In this document: piece by piece, positions 25,061 through 39,269 of the stretch
Layout of the letters: the number at the start of each line of letters is the position of its first letter
Position numbering within the stretch: position 1 is the first letter of the stretch
From: Hypanus sabinus
Taxonomy: Eukaryota
Direction of reading: 5' to 3'
Length of the DNA stretch: 64,000 nucleotides
NCBI RefSeq assembly: GCF_030144855.1
Contig: NC_082714.1
Coordinates: 36,394,001 to 36,458,000 of the forward strand
Notes under the pieces: generated by a model
Databases searched by the model: none
What the model was told of the DNA's origin: nothing
What the model saw: only the letters and a program-made list of their open reading frames with translations
Made by a program: the position numbers and the translations under genes

Positions 25061-26282
25061 TTTAAGTTCTCTGACATAGCATTATCAAATTCCAACATAT
25101 CATTGCTCCTTTCCCCAAACAACAAGCTTCTATGTGCTTCTCCATAGTAAATGCAGGTGAGACTTTTCACTCCAGGTGGTTTCAAAACTTTATATTGTCC
25201 TTTGTCAGGGGAATGATGGGTGAAAAAAATGCATTCTAATAATCGGGCTTAATTCTTTCATAGAATAGATAGAGTTACAAACCAGGATTTAATCAATTTT
25301 CATTTGAGTTTATGTTATACAATGAAATCTGTGTTCTAAGCATTGTGACCATCTTCACATTGTACAATCCCAATTGAAACATGCAGTCTTGGCCTTATGG
25401 TTTTTCCTCTCCCTAAAGCAAGGATGTTAGTTGTGGTGTTTCAAAGAGTAATCCAACAGATCAGTTAACAGGAGTCCTAATAAGTATTATCCATTTTCTA
25501 ACCACCAAATCCACATCTTTCCATCTGGGCCTGTTCTTTCTCTCAATGTCTATTCTTTCCGTCAACATAACAAAATATATCACATACAGTAAAAGTTGTT
25601 TTCAAAAAAATATTTGGCTTGTTTGCTGTGCTGCACTGCAATTTAAACTGGGACATCACCCAAAAGAAAGAAGCATATTATTTTTCAGTCAAGTGAATTA
25701 TCGCTTGCAGTGGCACTAAAAATAATATTCTGTTCCCTGTAATTATGAGTTTAATTCCTCTGGGAGGTGAATAGAAACCGGGAAAACAGATTAAAACAAG
25801 AAACATCAGTTGCTGTGTAGTTTGTTCATAACAAGTTTGTATGCTGTCGTGAACTCCTATTTGCTTAAAAGGATATAACAAGCAAAACTTAAGCCATCCT
25901 TTTATATGCTTTGCAAAGACCACCACCCATCAACCCACCCTGCAAACCTTTACATGTGCATTTTTGGACACAAACAGACAGGCACTTCCTTGCTTAGGAA
26001 AATGTTTATCATTATACACTGATATTATTAGCTCTCAAAATCACATTTAGATCTGATTAACCCAATTAGAGGATGCTGTTAGGCTATCTTATTAGTCAAC
26101 TTGATGAGAGTTATCTGGACACAGGGTTACTCAATTTCTACACATGCTCACTTTCCAGGAGGAGAAACAACTGCCAGTAACTGAAATCCTTGCTGGTTTC
26201 CCGTCCCTGCATCCAGCAATTTTGAGATTGCTTGGTTTTAGTGTTGCCAGGTCTGCTCAGACACGTCCAAGGAGGGAATATC

Positions 26283-27945
26283 ATAGAAACATAGAACATA
26301 GAAAAACTACAGCGCAATATAGGCCCTTCAGCTCACAAAGCTGTGCCGAACATGTCCCTACCTTAGAAATTACTAGGCTTACCTACAGCCCTCTATTTTA
26401 CTAAGCTCCATGTACCTATCCAGGAGTCTCTTAAAAGACCCTATCGTATCCACCTCCACCACTGTTGCCAGCAGCCCATTCCACGCACTCACCACTCTCT
26501 GAGTAAAAAACTTACCCCTGACATCTCCTCTGTACCTACTCCCCAGCACCTTAAACCTGTGTCCTCTTGTGGCAGCCATTTCAGCCCTGGGAAAAAGCCT
26601 CTGACTATCCACACAATCAGTGCCCCTCATCATCTTATGCAGCTCTATCAGGTCACCCCATCCTCCTTCACTCCAAGGAGAAAAGGCCGAGTTCACTCAG
26701 CCTATTCTCATAAGGCACACTCCTCAATCCAGGCAACATCCTTGTAAATCTCCTCTGCACCCTTTCTATGGTTTCCACATCCTTCCTGTAGTGAGGCGAC
26801 CAGAACTGAGCACAGTACTCCAAGTGGGGTCTGACCAGGGCCCTATATAGTTGCAACATTACCTCTCGGCTCCTAAATTCAATTCCATGATTGATGAAGG
26901 TCAATACACGATATGTCTTCTTAACCACAGAGTCAACCTGCGCAGCTGCTTTGAGCATCCTAAGGACTTGGACCCCAAGATCCCTCTGATCCTCCACACT
27001 GCCAAGAGTCTTACCATTAACACTATATTCTGTCATCATATTTGACCTACCAAAATGAACTACTTCACACTTATCTGGGTTGAACTGCATCTGCCACTTC
27101 TCAGCCCAGTTTTGCATCCTATTAATGTCCCAATGTCCCACTCTGATAGCTCTCCACACTATCCACAACACCTCCAACTTTTGTGTCATCAGCAAACTTA
27201 CTAACCTATCCCTCCACTTCCTCATCCAGGTCATTTATAAAAATCACAAAGAGTAAGGGTCCCAGAACAGATCCCTGAGGCACTCCACTGGTGACCGAAC
27301 TCCATGCAGAATATGACCCATCTACAACCACTCTTTGCTTTCTGTCGGCAAGCCAGTTCTGGATCCACAAAGTAATGTCCGCTTGGATCCCATGCCTCTT
27401 TACTTTCTCAATAAGCCTTGCTTGGGGTACCTTATCAAATGCATCTCTGTGTTTAGTCACATCCTCCAAAAATTCAATCAGGCTCGTAAGGCATGACCTG
27501 CCCTTGACAAAGCCATGCTGACTATTCCTAATCATATTATACCTCTCCAAATGTTCATAAATCCTGCCTCTCGGGATCTTCTTAATCAACTTACCAACCA
27601 CTGAGGTAAGACAAGCTGGTCTATAATTTCCTGGGCTATCTCTACTCCCTTTCTTGAATAAAGGAACAACATCTGCAACCCTCCAATCCTCCGGAGCCTC
27701 TCCCATCCCCATTGATGATGCAAAGATCACCAGCAGAGGCTCAGCAATCTCCTCCCTCGCCTCCAACAGTAGCCTGGGGTACATCTCATCTGGTCCCGAT
27801 GACTTATCCAACTTGCTGCTTTCCTAAATCTCCAGCACATCCTCTTTTTTAATATCTACATGTTCAAGCTTTTCAATCTGCTGAAAGTCACCACTACAAT
27901 CACCAAGACCCTTTTCCATTGTGAATACTGAAGTAAAGTATTCAC
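26283..27945 (-). mobile_element. 5'-truncated CR1 (RT to CATAGAA tail)
   Basis: [29 protein letters not shown]; catagaaacatagaa tail. Confidence 0.93.
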
Positions 27946-28279
27946 ATGACCCCGTGCAAAATCAGCCAAACCTGCAGCTCACTGCTTGCTTTCCATTTGG
28001 CACTGAAAGACAGTCTCCTCTTGACCAAACTGGAAAATTCTGCACCAGGTGAAATAGCCAATCAATCTCACTGCTGCAACATTTTTTAGCATAAACAAAA
28101 GTGTGATGAAAACACTCTGATTACTTTTTTCCTTAGATCTAGATCTTTGGCAAAGGAAGACCGTACGAAAATGATAACTTCTAATCCTGGTCATATAAAA
28201 GGGAGAAAATAACTTCTGCCTTTCTGCTTTGAGATTATTGTGGTTTGGGGATTACACTGCACAAAGGCAATGGTATATC

Positions 28280-31200
28280 CATAAGACCATAAAACATAGG
28301 AGCAAAATAAGGCCATTTGGCCCATTAAGTCTGCACCACCATTCACTGGCCTTCTCACCATAACCTTTCATGCCCTAGCTAATAAAGAATGTATCAATCT
28401 CCCCCTTAAGTACACCCAGTGCTAGTGGCAATGAATTCTACAGATTCACCACCCTCTGGCAAAAGAAATTCCTCCTCATGTTTTATTGTAAATGGATGTC
28501 CCTCTCTTGAGGCTGTGCTCTTTGATCCCAGACTCCACCACAATAGGAAACATTCTCTCCACATCCACCATCTAGGCCCTTAACATTCGATAGATTTCAA
28601 TGAGATCCCCCCTCATTCTTCTAAATTCCAGCGAGTAAAGACCCAGAGCCATCAATCACTCCTCCTGCGAGAACCCTTTCATTCCTGAATCATTCTTGTG
28701 AACCTCCTCTGAATCCTCTCCAATGTCAACATCCTTTCTTAGATAAGGGGCCCAAAACTGTTCATGATACTCCAAGTGAGGGTACAGCCTCAGCATTACA
28801 TCCTTGCTTTTATATTCTACTCATCTTGAAATGAATGCCAACATTGCATTTGCCTTCCTTACCACTGAGTCAACCTGCAAATTAACCTTTCAGGAACCTT
28901 GCACAAGGACTCTCAAGTACCTTTATACTTTGGATTTTTGCATTTTCACCCATTTAGGAAATAGACTATCCTTCTACAAAAGTGCATGACCATACACTTC
29001 ACAACATTGTTTTCCATCTGCCATTGCTTTGCCCATTCTGTCCAGTTCTACTGCAGCCTTCCTGCTTCAACACTACCTGTCCCTCCACCCATCTTCATAA
29101 TGTCTGCAAGCAATTCCGTCATCCAACTCATTGACATAGGCACAGACTCCTGCAGAACACCACTAGTCACTGGCAGCCAATCAGAAAAGGCTCCCTTTAT
29201 TCCCATTCTTTGCCTCCTACCAATCAGAAAAAGGTCTATCTTTCCTGTAATATCATGAGCTTATCTTGCTCAGCAGTCTCATGTGGCACCTTGTCGAAGG
29301 CCTTCTGAAAATCCAAGTGTAAAGCCCTGGTTAAGATTTCTACTGCTGTGCTGTAAGGTGGTTTACTTCAGCAATTTTTATGTAAAAGTGGTGTGTCTGC
29401 TTTGGTTTCGGCTGAAAATGAAGACACATGTTGTTCAATTTAGGCATGTTGTGTCAGCCCATCAGGATGGTGGTATGGAGAGAAGGTTTCAGAGAGAGCT
29501 GGGTGGAGAGAGATGATTGGAGACATGCTTGGAGTTGAGAAGGCAAAGACCATGCCATATCACCCTCAAGGTGATCCTCAGCCTGAAGGGTTCAACCAGA
29601 CATCGCTAGACATGCTTGGACACCTGGATGCCAACAAAAGGAATTGCTGGAGTCAGCATATTGGGCATCTGATCTACTGTTACAACTGTATACAGAATGA
29701 AGCTACTGGATACTCGCCATACTATTTGATGTTCGGTTGCTAAACAAGATGCATGTAGATCTCTGTTTTGGGCTGGCTGTGAAGACTTACCACAGGAGAC
29801 GCATCTCAAGTATGTATCTGACATGTGGAAAGAAATGCAAAAAGCTTATGAGCTAGCAGCAGTTCCTGCTGTCAAGCCAAACCACGGAACCAAGAGGAGA
29901 TATGATTGAAAGATTAGGTTCTATCAACTGATGCTTGGAGACAGAGTTTTATTATTAAATTTGGGGCTACCAGGGGAGCATAAGTTGGCCAACTGCTGGG
30001 TGTCTATGCCTTACATAGTGGAGGACCAAATGCAAAATGTGCCAGTTTTCTGGGTGAAGCCAGAGAATGGGAATGGTCCCCTCAAAATTCTCCATCAGAT
30101 CACCTTCTACCCCTGGGGCAGGCAGTACACGTTGACCCAGAGCCTGACATGGAATTTACACCTAGTCAGAGAACTCTGCACAGCAGGAAGAGAACAGAAA
30201 GGCAACCAGCAGATGATGAAATAATATGTTCTCAGGGAATCAGGAATCCCTCAGATAGACTGCCATACAATGCACCGGGGAAACAGTGTGCTGTGTCCGT
30301 CCCAATTGTGAGATATATTACTGCCATTTACAAATGGAGTGTGGGGTCCTGAAATCTCAATTTATTTGAATACTGTGTTTTTCATAATGGTTTATTAAGC
30401 TCCAAAATCATGAGGACATGAGTGGTTTTAGTGGGGAGAGAATATAATGAATCCCCTGGTTAAGATTTCTACTGCTATGCTGTGAGGTGCTTTAGCAGTT
30501 TTCTGCAAAAGCAGTGTGTCTGCTTTGATTTCGGCTGAAGATAAGGAGCCATGTTATTCCACTTAGGAATGTTGCGTCAGTCAATCAGGATGGTGGTATG
30601 GAGAGAAGGTTCCAGAGAGAGCTGGGTGGAGAAAGATTTTTGACAGACAGTAGTTGGATTCATGGTCTTTTAGCGGGAGATGCGGGGGGGGGGGTTGTGG
30701 GGAAGAGGACCAGAGAAGACACTTAGATGAGCCAATCAAAAGAGACAACCTTAATGCAAGGAGTGCTTCACAAGATGAAGGAGTCAAGGAAACGAAGTTC
30801 TACCTGTGAATGGTGATGAAAATTCAGCACCGTGAGTAAAGCAGTACCCCAACCACTACAGACATGAGCTCCAATGTTTATGTGCACATTTAGTCTGGTT
30901 GAATTGTAATGGGCTTTCCCTCCACTTTTTTCCTAGTCATTGATGATAAAGCTGAAATTAATAAGTATACTTTCTTTGAAATTTTATGTGGTTGTGCGAT
31001 CTGTTATTTCTCAGCAACTTATAATTGTGCATGGTCAGTATTTATGTAGCATTCACTCAAACCGAGGTTCCTTTAATTGGAATTCCCACTGTTCCTGTTT
31101 GGTTGAACCACGAGTCAGACTGACACGAGACATATATTGTTTATGAAAGGTGTCTTTCTCACCTCTGAGTGAAGTGGCTGCTTGCAAAGTTAGCTAACAA

Positions 31201-31562
31201 GCCATGTTTGTATGTGAATCCTGGTGAGAGGGTTACACAAGTACACAATGCCCACCGATTTTCCTTCGACTTTCTGGCTTGTTATTTCCTCAAAGAATTC
31301 CACCAGATTTGTCAGGCAAGATTTCCTCTCAAGGAAACCACATTCATTTTGGTCTGTTTTATCACGTGCCTCCAAGTACTCTGAAACCACATCCTTAACA
31401 ATTGATTCTAATATCTTCCCAACCACTGAGGTCAGGCTAACTGGCCTATTGCTTCCTTTCTTCTGCCTTCCTCTCTTCTTAAGGTGTGAAGTAACATTTG
31501 CAATTTTCCAGTCCACTTCAGAAGGTATTGATTCTTGAAAGATCATTACTAATGCCTCCACA
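28280..31562 (-). mobile_element. Degenerate CR1, interrupted by an LTR element at 29318-31237
   Basis: cataagaccataa tail; RT resumes after the insertion ([27 protein letters not shown]). Confidence 0.85.
29318..31237 (+). mobile_element. Internally deleted Gypsy LTR element: partial 5' LTR, integrase remnant, PPT, 3' LTR (~30443-31237)
   Basis: TGTAA...GTTACA termini, perfect 4-bp TSD CAAG; 29318-29512 matches ~30443-30635; integrase PYHPQGDPQPEGFNQT...TGYSPYYLMFG; PPT gtggggagagaa. Confidence 0.9.
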
Positions 31563-32103
31563 GTTACAGGCATATCCTTCAGGTAACAGAAACATGAATG
31601 AACTCAGAATACATAACCACCAGTTCTGATCTATTGGAATGGATAGTAAACGGTATGCACGTCTTCAGGGAAGAAAATTCCTGTGTTCAAAAACTTGTTA
31701 CTGTTTTCAGTGCAATGATATTTTTATTCTTAAAACTTAGATGTTCGGAATTCATTCCAATATCATTTGTAACTTCTGTGTATTCTTCTTTGGGTAAGTA
31801 AGGATGGCCTGGGATGATGTAAAACCTTATTGCAGCTCAATCATTCTATATGGGCAGCCACTGGGAGATCCTGGCTGTTGTAGCGGATGAAGCGCATGTG
31901 CTGTTCAACAAAGCAGCCCCTGATTAGTGACAGGTCTCACTGCTGGAGAGGAAATTTAATAACAGTACTCCAGAAGTAATGTCCACTTGGTATGTCATAA
32001 CTTCTGACCTCAGCAATGAATCACTTTAGATCTTAACCAATGCGTAACTACTCAAATATTCTGTAACCATGTATTACTTATTTGACCCCATTTACTATTT
32101 AAA

Positions 32104-32735
32104 TGAAACACCCCAGTTTCCTTGGCTGTGTAAATCTTGGAATGACAATCTCTGGCCCCGCCAAACTTGTGAGACTGAGGCGCACTCAATCCCACCCCAA
32201 ACCCCAGTTTGTGTGGATGCTGTGTCATTTGCTACCCTGTTACAAGTTAATGCCACGAAGTAACAGATAGTACACTGCATACGATTAAAGGAATTATATT
32301 TATGAATCATAACTAAAGAGTTAGTAAAGAATAACAAAAAACAAAGGCCCATTCTAATTAAACAGTCAAATGTGCACAAGTTGGAGCTCATCTTGAACTT
32401 CTCTGTCATTCACGCACTGGGCCCTCGGTCAACGTAAAAGCACACACCACCTTCCAAATGTCGCTCGCAACCCATCTCAAACAAACAAGTCTCCCACCGA
32501 ATTGTATTCTCCCCAGTGTCTTCTCTCTTCATCTCCTCTCAAAAAAAACCCAAGCCCAACCTTGTCCCTCACCAGAGAAACCTCCCCTTAATCTGACCAT
32601 CCTAACTGGATGACACACACTTCTCCCATCTCTCATCTTCAATAGGTACCCAAAGCATGAAAACAGAAGCTGTTACAGAACTGCCAAAATGAAATACATA
32701 CAGCATAACAGTAAAAATATGAACCAGGCATTACA
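32104..32735 (-). mobile_element. Solo LTR related to the 29318-31237 family
   Basis: Minus strand begins tgtaatgcctggttcatatttttactg, similar to the LTR start at 29318; 4-bp TSD TAAA (32100-32103 / 32736-32739). Confidence 0.75.
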
Positions 32736-32799
32736 TAAATGTCTCATTATTCTTTTTGTTTGTACTATTGTCTATTTGTTCCTGAATACACCCCAGGAT

Positions 32800-33305
32800 A
32801 TCATCCAGACTCAACTATACTGAAGTTCTCCTGACTGGCTCCATTGTTCAGCATCTGTAAACTTGAGATCATTTGGAACTCCACTGTCTCAATTCACAAG
32901 TTATATTCACTCATGTCCGTTGACCTACACTGGACCTCTGTTTAAACAATACTTCAATTTAAAATTAACATCCTCCTATTTCCATCCATTGCCTTGACCT
33001 CTTTTTCTTTGTAATCTCCTCCAGGCTAGAAACTTTATATTTCTCTAATATCAGGACAAGCAGAGATCAGAATTCATCATTCCATGATACTCATGTCTTC
33101 ATTTGCTAAAACCCTAAACTCTGGACTTCCTTCCCTACACCTTTCCATCTCGCTCCAGTTTTAAAATGCTCCCTAAAATGTAACACTTTGGAGAAGCGTT
33201 CAGCTTCCCTCCTTATGTAACCGAGCACCACTTGGTTAATTTTGCTCCTTTGCAGTGCCTTAGCAAGACAAAGGCACTACAAGTGGAGGCTGTTGTTGAT
33301 TTGTT
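32800..33305 (+). mobile_element. Ancient L2-like LINE 3' remnant
   Basis: Degenerate L2-type 3' end (ctctggacttccttccc..., gtgccttag...aaggcacta...gttgttg); no intact ORF. Confidence 0.45.
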
Positions 33306-34649
33306 GATGCTTAAAATCCAAAGATTTTCCATTCAACGATCACTGACTAGGAAGATTAACATTTTTTCTGACAGCTAGTCTTGGCCTGATCTGTACGAGT
33401 GTTTCCAGCATTTCACATTGCCTATATACATATATATATATACACACCTGGATTTCTATCTGAACTGTACGTTTTACAATTTACCTTTACAGAACAATGT
33501 TGGTTGCTGAAAGTCAGGTTTATATTATAGGTTGCTACATGTAAATTTTCAGTTAGTTTCAGAAGTTGTTCTGTGCCACACTGCTTTGTCTGAATGATAT
33601 AAAAAACAAAACTCAGTCAAACCTAGGGAAGTGAACAATCATTTCAGTCTATCAGGACATATTACAAACATTAAATGATTCCTGGTGGTTGGCATGATTC
33701 AAATAAAGAGAAGATCTTAGGTATACAAATGGATAAAAATATAATCAACCCTAAGAGTACAAACACCCACTGATCCTCAATTATTCATAGTTCTCCTGTG
33801 TATATTCCTTTGAAATTCTTCCACATTCTCATTATTAACACTGGACATTGCTATGAAATATTTATTACATTTCATATGTCACTCTGTTCTTCATACTGTG
33901 GCACATTGCAAAATACGTTAAGGTGGAATACCCAAAAGGGATATGGAAGAAACTTAGAGCGAAAGTGTATTTTATTGATGATATTGTATATTGAAATAAA
34001 TTATGGTAGATGCTAGCTATAAAATTACAAGATGGAAATAATAAAAATAAGGGCCTTGTGTTCCAGTTTTCCACTTCTGTAATCCACCTACAATTTTTTA
34101 TTTTCAAACAATAACTTAACTTTAATACATAGCTGCATTGGTTGATAATGCAAGTAGAAATAATGTTATCAGGTTAATCAATTCAAAAATCACCTTTTTG
34201 CAAAAGCCAAACATTCACATCTCAGTTTCTGCAACTACAACAACATCCAACATTGTAAACCCACCCAGTGTTATGAAGATAAATTGACAAATACTTACTA
34301 TGGTAGATCAGTCTCCATTTGCTCTCCCATCTCACCACTAGTGTTTAACTGCACCTCGGGTAAAATGGTAAAAAATCTACTCTTCCTGCCGGTTCCTATG
34401 TAAAATAGATTAGGACAATATCAGTGCATTTCTTCAATGTGTATTGGTATTTGATGTAGTGTGCTCAGTGGCTCTCTTGGGAAGGAATCCATAGGGGTAC
34501 CTAAATTTGCCTCACTCTATTCTGAGTATCAAGCCAACATTTTTTTAATATTCTCTACTCCAGATAATAAACATGAGAATCACGTATAGTTCAGTTGGAG
34601 CATAATCACCCAAACTCAAATGAAATAATTACTCCTCTACTTAGAAAAG

Positions 34650-35300
34650 AGATATTTTCCTGCAGCATATCACTATAGACTAGTCAGAAAGGTACAACAG
34701 TGCAGGTAAATATTCAGTTCATACAAGCATATGGTAACGTATTTGGACAGAGCAAGATCTGAAATATGATCATTGGTGGGATACCTTGAAGCGCACAGTA
34801 GTCTATGTATACAGATGGAGAAAGACGGCTGTATGTCTTAAATGGTTGTGAATTAGTGTCCAAGAGCAAAGGTCAGAAACAGAACATTAGGATCAAGGAG
34901 TATTGTCTATAGTTTTGTCTCCACACTATTGAAACGATGGGAAAGCAGTAAGCCAGGTGCAGAAAAGATTAATGATGCTAGCAGGGCGAGAGAGAGTTAA
35001 AGGTAGCAATCTGACCAAACTGGAATTGTTTTCTTTGTCCAAGGAGAGAATTAGTTAAAAGTGTACAAAATTTATGAAGGGCCTAGACAGCGAGATCAGA
35101 AAGGATCGATTTTCATTGATGTAGGTAGCTAATTAAAGGACATATGTTTAAATTAGACGCAGCACCAGAGATTTGAGGGGGAAATATCTTTTCACCCAAG
35201 GTCTAATGGAAATCTGAAATTCACTGCTCAAATCACTGCTGAGGGGTGGGTGATGAGGGCATTAAAAAAGGTATTTGGATGTGCATGCAAGAGATGTAAC
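34650..35300 (+). mobile_element. Very old CR1 3' remnant
   Basis: Residual gtctccacactat, ggtgcagaaaagatt and ttttcaccca motifs of the CR1 ORF2 C-terminus. Confidence 0.45.
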
Positions 35301-35571
35301 CTACAAGTCTACATACCAGGATCTGGGAAAGTGCAACTGAGCAGCAAAACTTTTGAATTGCATGGATAAAGCATGAATAGGAATCAGTAGCAGAGGTAAC
35401 TACCAGGCCCAATCCTGGCATAATTGTAGTAATAACTTCAAATACGTTCTGAATTTCTGAATCAGGCTAAATATTGTGTCCAAATCTATTAATTTTATTT
35501 TCCTCAAGAATACTTTTCAATGCAGCAGATTCAGAGCTTCCAGCATGTATGATTTAGCAAACTATTTTCTA

Positions 35572-35700
35572 TCAAAATAACAGACAGACATACTTTATTG
35601 ATCCCAAGGGAAATTGGGTTTTGTTACAGCTGCACCAACCACGAGTAGTGAAGAAATATAGCAATATAAAGTCATAAATAATAATAAGTTAATCATGCCT
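35572..35700 (-). mobile_element. Rex1/Babar-type 3' tail
   Basis: cagacagacatactttattgatccc: AATAAA followed by a short tandem tail on the minus strand. Confidence 0.5.
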
Positions 35701-35749
35701 TATTATTATTTAATTAATGAATAATAAAGCCAGACAATCTGCAGCATTG

Positions 35750-36200
35750 TATTCCAACTGCAGGGATCAGCACTTCCTTTTGATGAGTTCTTGGTTCACG
35801 TTTTCATGTCCAATCACAACTCTTCTTATGGCACTTACTCATGCAAAAAACAGGAGACTCAACACCTGACCTTTCACCTTTTCCACCACCCATATGACCC
35901 AAACAGTCCATCAGTTGGAGTAAAAATTCATTTGCTCTTCTTCCGATTTAATGCTCACAATGTAGTCTTCCTTGCCAAATGTAGATGGGTGTTCAATTTG
36001 CAGAGTAGTCCACAATGGCAGTCCTGAAGTTATTCTTGACTATCATTTTAATTCTTCATCACCATTCCTTTCTGACTTCCTCCTAAATTGTTCCAACAAT
36101 GCCCAACATAAGCTCAAGAAACAGTACCTTTTCTTTCAGTTATGGAAACTGCAATTTTCGGGCACAACACCAGAGATAAACAATTTCATATAACTAGCCT
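35750..36200 (+). mobile_element. Penelope-like element relic (GIY-YIG region)
   Basis: Degenerate resemblance to the elasmobranch PLE 3' region (ggcacttactcatgc, cccaaacagtcc, cattttaattc, gaaacagtacct); recognition only. Confidence 0.5.
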
Positions 36201-36414
36201 CTCACAGTTGCTGCCTCTTCTTCCTTGTATTTTCTGTTTCTTTTATTCTTATTCTTGTGATTCAGTGGCAAATTACTTTTACCATTTATCTCTGTGCACA
36301 CAGGGTATTATTCTAGATACTCTGAGAATCAAGCCCTCCTTCAATGCAAGGGAAAGGAACACCATGAGCTAAAGAGAAATTTTATCTGGTCCAAATGATC
36401 AAATTTCCTTCAGT

Positions 36415-36625
36415 TGTAGTTTCATAGGACATTCACGATGTGTGGCTCAGGAGGGGCAGACGCTAGTCTGTCCATTCGGGAGCTGGGGTTGGATCAATGT
36501 TCATCTGGCGTCTCGTCCACAGTCATTCCAATATGGGTGGCCCTGAGATGGTTCTGTCTAGAGTCCTTGAAGCACTCAAGCCTCCACACTATGTCAACGT
36601 GTTGATCCAGGTCATGGAGGACTTC
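36415..36625 (+). repeat. Possible RTE 5'UTR-derived SINE fragment
   Basis: gcactcaagcctccacactatgtcaacgtgttgatcc resembles an RTE leader motif. Confidence 0.3.
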
Positions 36626-37143
36626 CTTAAGTCCTCTGAGTACTTTGCTCATCTCCAATAACACCTCGCATCACTCCTTTCTCAGCTCAATTGCCATCAT
36701 CTTTAACCACCCCCAACCCCCTTTCAGTACCTCTGAAATCCTAACCATGATCCTGTCAAAATGAATCAAGAACCATTCACCGAATTACCATCTACCAATG
36801 TCCTCCGCTGGTTTGCATCACGTTTCATAGCTACTGCTTTCCTCCAAGCATAAGCAGTGAAGGCACAGAATTTGGTCAGTGTCTGCTTCACAATCTTTAT
36901 ACTGTTTTCATGTGCAGCACCGCCATAATACGCTACTTAGAATGTCTAGGCAACTCCCTTCGTGACCTTGCCCTTTCCTTCTCCAACCCTACTATGTTCT
37001 GTGCAGCTATAATTCTAATATCTAATTTTTCCATCATCCTGTTTGCTGTAAAACTAACAACCAGCATAAATGCTCCTCTTCTCTAAACTTTCAAATTTCT
37101 CTTAACTAAACAAGAAACTTAAAAATCCATCTTTGAATTAGAA

Positions 37144-38375
37144 TTTATTTAAATCTTACATCCATCCTACAACGTGAGGGAGTAGAAATCTTTGTGTTAT
37201 GACTCCCCTGCAATGTACAGACACACAAATTTAAAAGTCTAATGGTTTGTAGAAAGAAGCTGTCCTGTAGCTGGTTGATCCTGGCTTTAATGTTGTGGTA
37301 ACATTTGCCAGATGGAAGGAGCTGAAACAGATTATGGTTGGGGTTACTAGTGTCCCCAATGATCTTCCAGACTTTCTTTCTGCACTTGCTACTGTCAATG
37401 TCCTCAATGAAGGGAAGTTCACATCCACAGATGTACTGGGCTGTTTGTACCACTCTCTGAAATGCCTGGCAGTCAAGGTTGGTGCAGTTCCCGTGCCAGG
37501 CAGTGATACAGCCAGTCAGGATGCTCTCAATTGTGACCCTACAGAAGGCATTAAGGATTTGGGGGCCTATGCAGAACTTCTTCAGTCACCTGAGGTGGAG
37601 AGGCGCTGTTGTGCTTTTTTTTGCCACAAAGCTGGTGTGTACACTCCAAGTGAGATCATCAATGGCATGTATACCGAGGACTTTGAAACTACTCGCCATC
37701 TCACCTGCAGACTCATGATGTTGATTGGGCTGAGGCAGTGTCCATTTCTCCTGTAATCTACAATCGACTCTTTTGTTTTTTGGACTTTGAGGGAGAGGTC
37801 GTTATCCTGGCACCACTGTGTCAGTGTCAACCTCTCCTCTGTAGGCTGTCTCATTACCGCTAGAAATAAGGCTGAACAAAGTTGTGTCATCTGTGAATTT
37901 GATTAGCAATTTGGAGCTGTGTGTGGCAGTACAGTCATGGGTGTAAAGGGAATAGTGAAGGGGACTCAGGACACCACTCTGAGGGGCAGCTGTGTTGAGG
38001 GTCAGAAGGACAGAAGTGAAGGAACCCATCCTTACCACTTGTCGGCGATCCAATAGGAAGTCTAGGATCCAGTTGCACAAAGCAGGGTGCAGACCAAGGT
38101 CTCTGAGCTTCCTGTCAAGTCCAGAGGTAATTATGGTGTTGAATGCTGGACTGTAGTCCAGGAACAGCATTCTAATGTATGCATCCCTCTTCTCCAGGTG
38201 AGTGAGGACTGTGTGTAGCGATATGGCTCTGGTGTCATCAGTAGATCGGTTCTGTCGGTGGGCAAATTGGAGGGTGTCCAGTGAGGGTGGTAGCATGCTG
38301 CGGATGTAGTCTTTATCCAGCCTCTCAAAGTATTTGCTTATAATTGAGGTAAGTGCGACAGGGTGCCTTCGCAGG
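37144..38375 (-). mobile_element. Rex1/Babar LINE (RT to 3' tail)
   Basis: PVALTSII, LFLDYSPAFNT, PQSGVLSP, IKFTDDT, FQLLPSGK. Confidence 0.9.
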
Positions 38376-38600
38376 GACAGTGAACATGCTTTTGGTTGCC
38401 TGTTTACCAATCATTAGATTCATCTAATTTCACCTCCTGTCTTAGGCCATTTCACATTAAAGATTCTACGCAACTAAATAGCTGTTATTGGTTAGAGGGC
38501 AAAAAACTTTTCCACAGATCATCAAATTTCAACTTAAAAGTTACTGCAACAGGCAAATGATTTCAGATGGTACTTATCTTAGTTGTTATAGTAATTCCTA

Positions 38601-39070
38601 TTTAGAGGTATAGCACAGAACAGGCCCTTCTGGCCCAATGTTCACTGTCCAGCAATCCACCTACTTAACCCTAGCCTAATCACAGGACCATTTACAACTA
38701 ACCTACTAACTGGTATATCTTTTAACTGTGGAAGGAAATCCACGTGGCTTCGGGGAGAACATACAAACTCCCCTCTACCATCTGATTTCTAAAATCGACA
38801 TGGAATCCATGAACATTACCTCAGCTTTTCAATATTATTTCTGTTTTGCACTATTTTTAATCTATTTAATATACACATATATACACGCACATATACTTAC
38901 TGTAATTGATGCACTTTTTTTTTTTACCATGTATTGTATTGCTGCTGCAAAGTTAACAAATTTCACGACACATGCCGTTGATAATAAACCCTATTCCTCA
39001 CAGATGGTACCAGAATTGAACTCCGGACTCCAACACCCAAACTAACAGCCTTGCATGAACTGCAACAAAT
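38601..39070 (-). mobile_element. V-SINE/HE1-like SINE split by a plus-strand Rex1 3' tail (38771-38995)
   Basis: CR1-derived tail at the left; V-domain-like ggggagaacatacaaactcc; B-box-like gaattgaactcc at the right. Confidence 0.6.
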
Positions 39071-39269
39071 CTCCACAAGAGATTAATAACTTATAAATCT
39101 TAAAGAACATTGGTTATGCAATAACAGATGTTGAGAATTATTTAATTTTCAAAAAGTGATCAGAATCTGACAGAAATTAAATTTTTGTTTTCACCAGGCA
39201 CCTATTTCCTGTATTGGGAATTTTAGATAAAGTACTGCAACCCCACTGAAACACAGCCTCCACTTTCTT

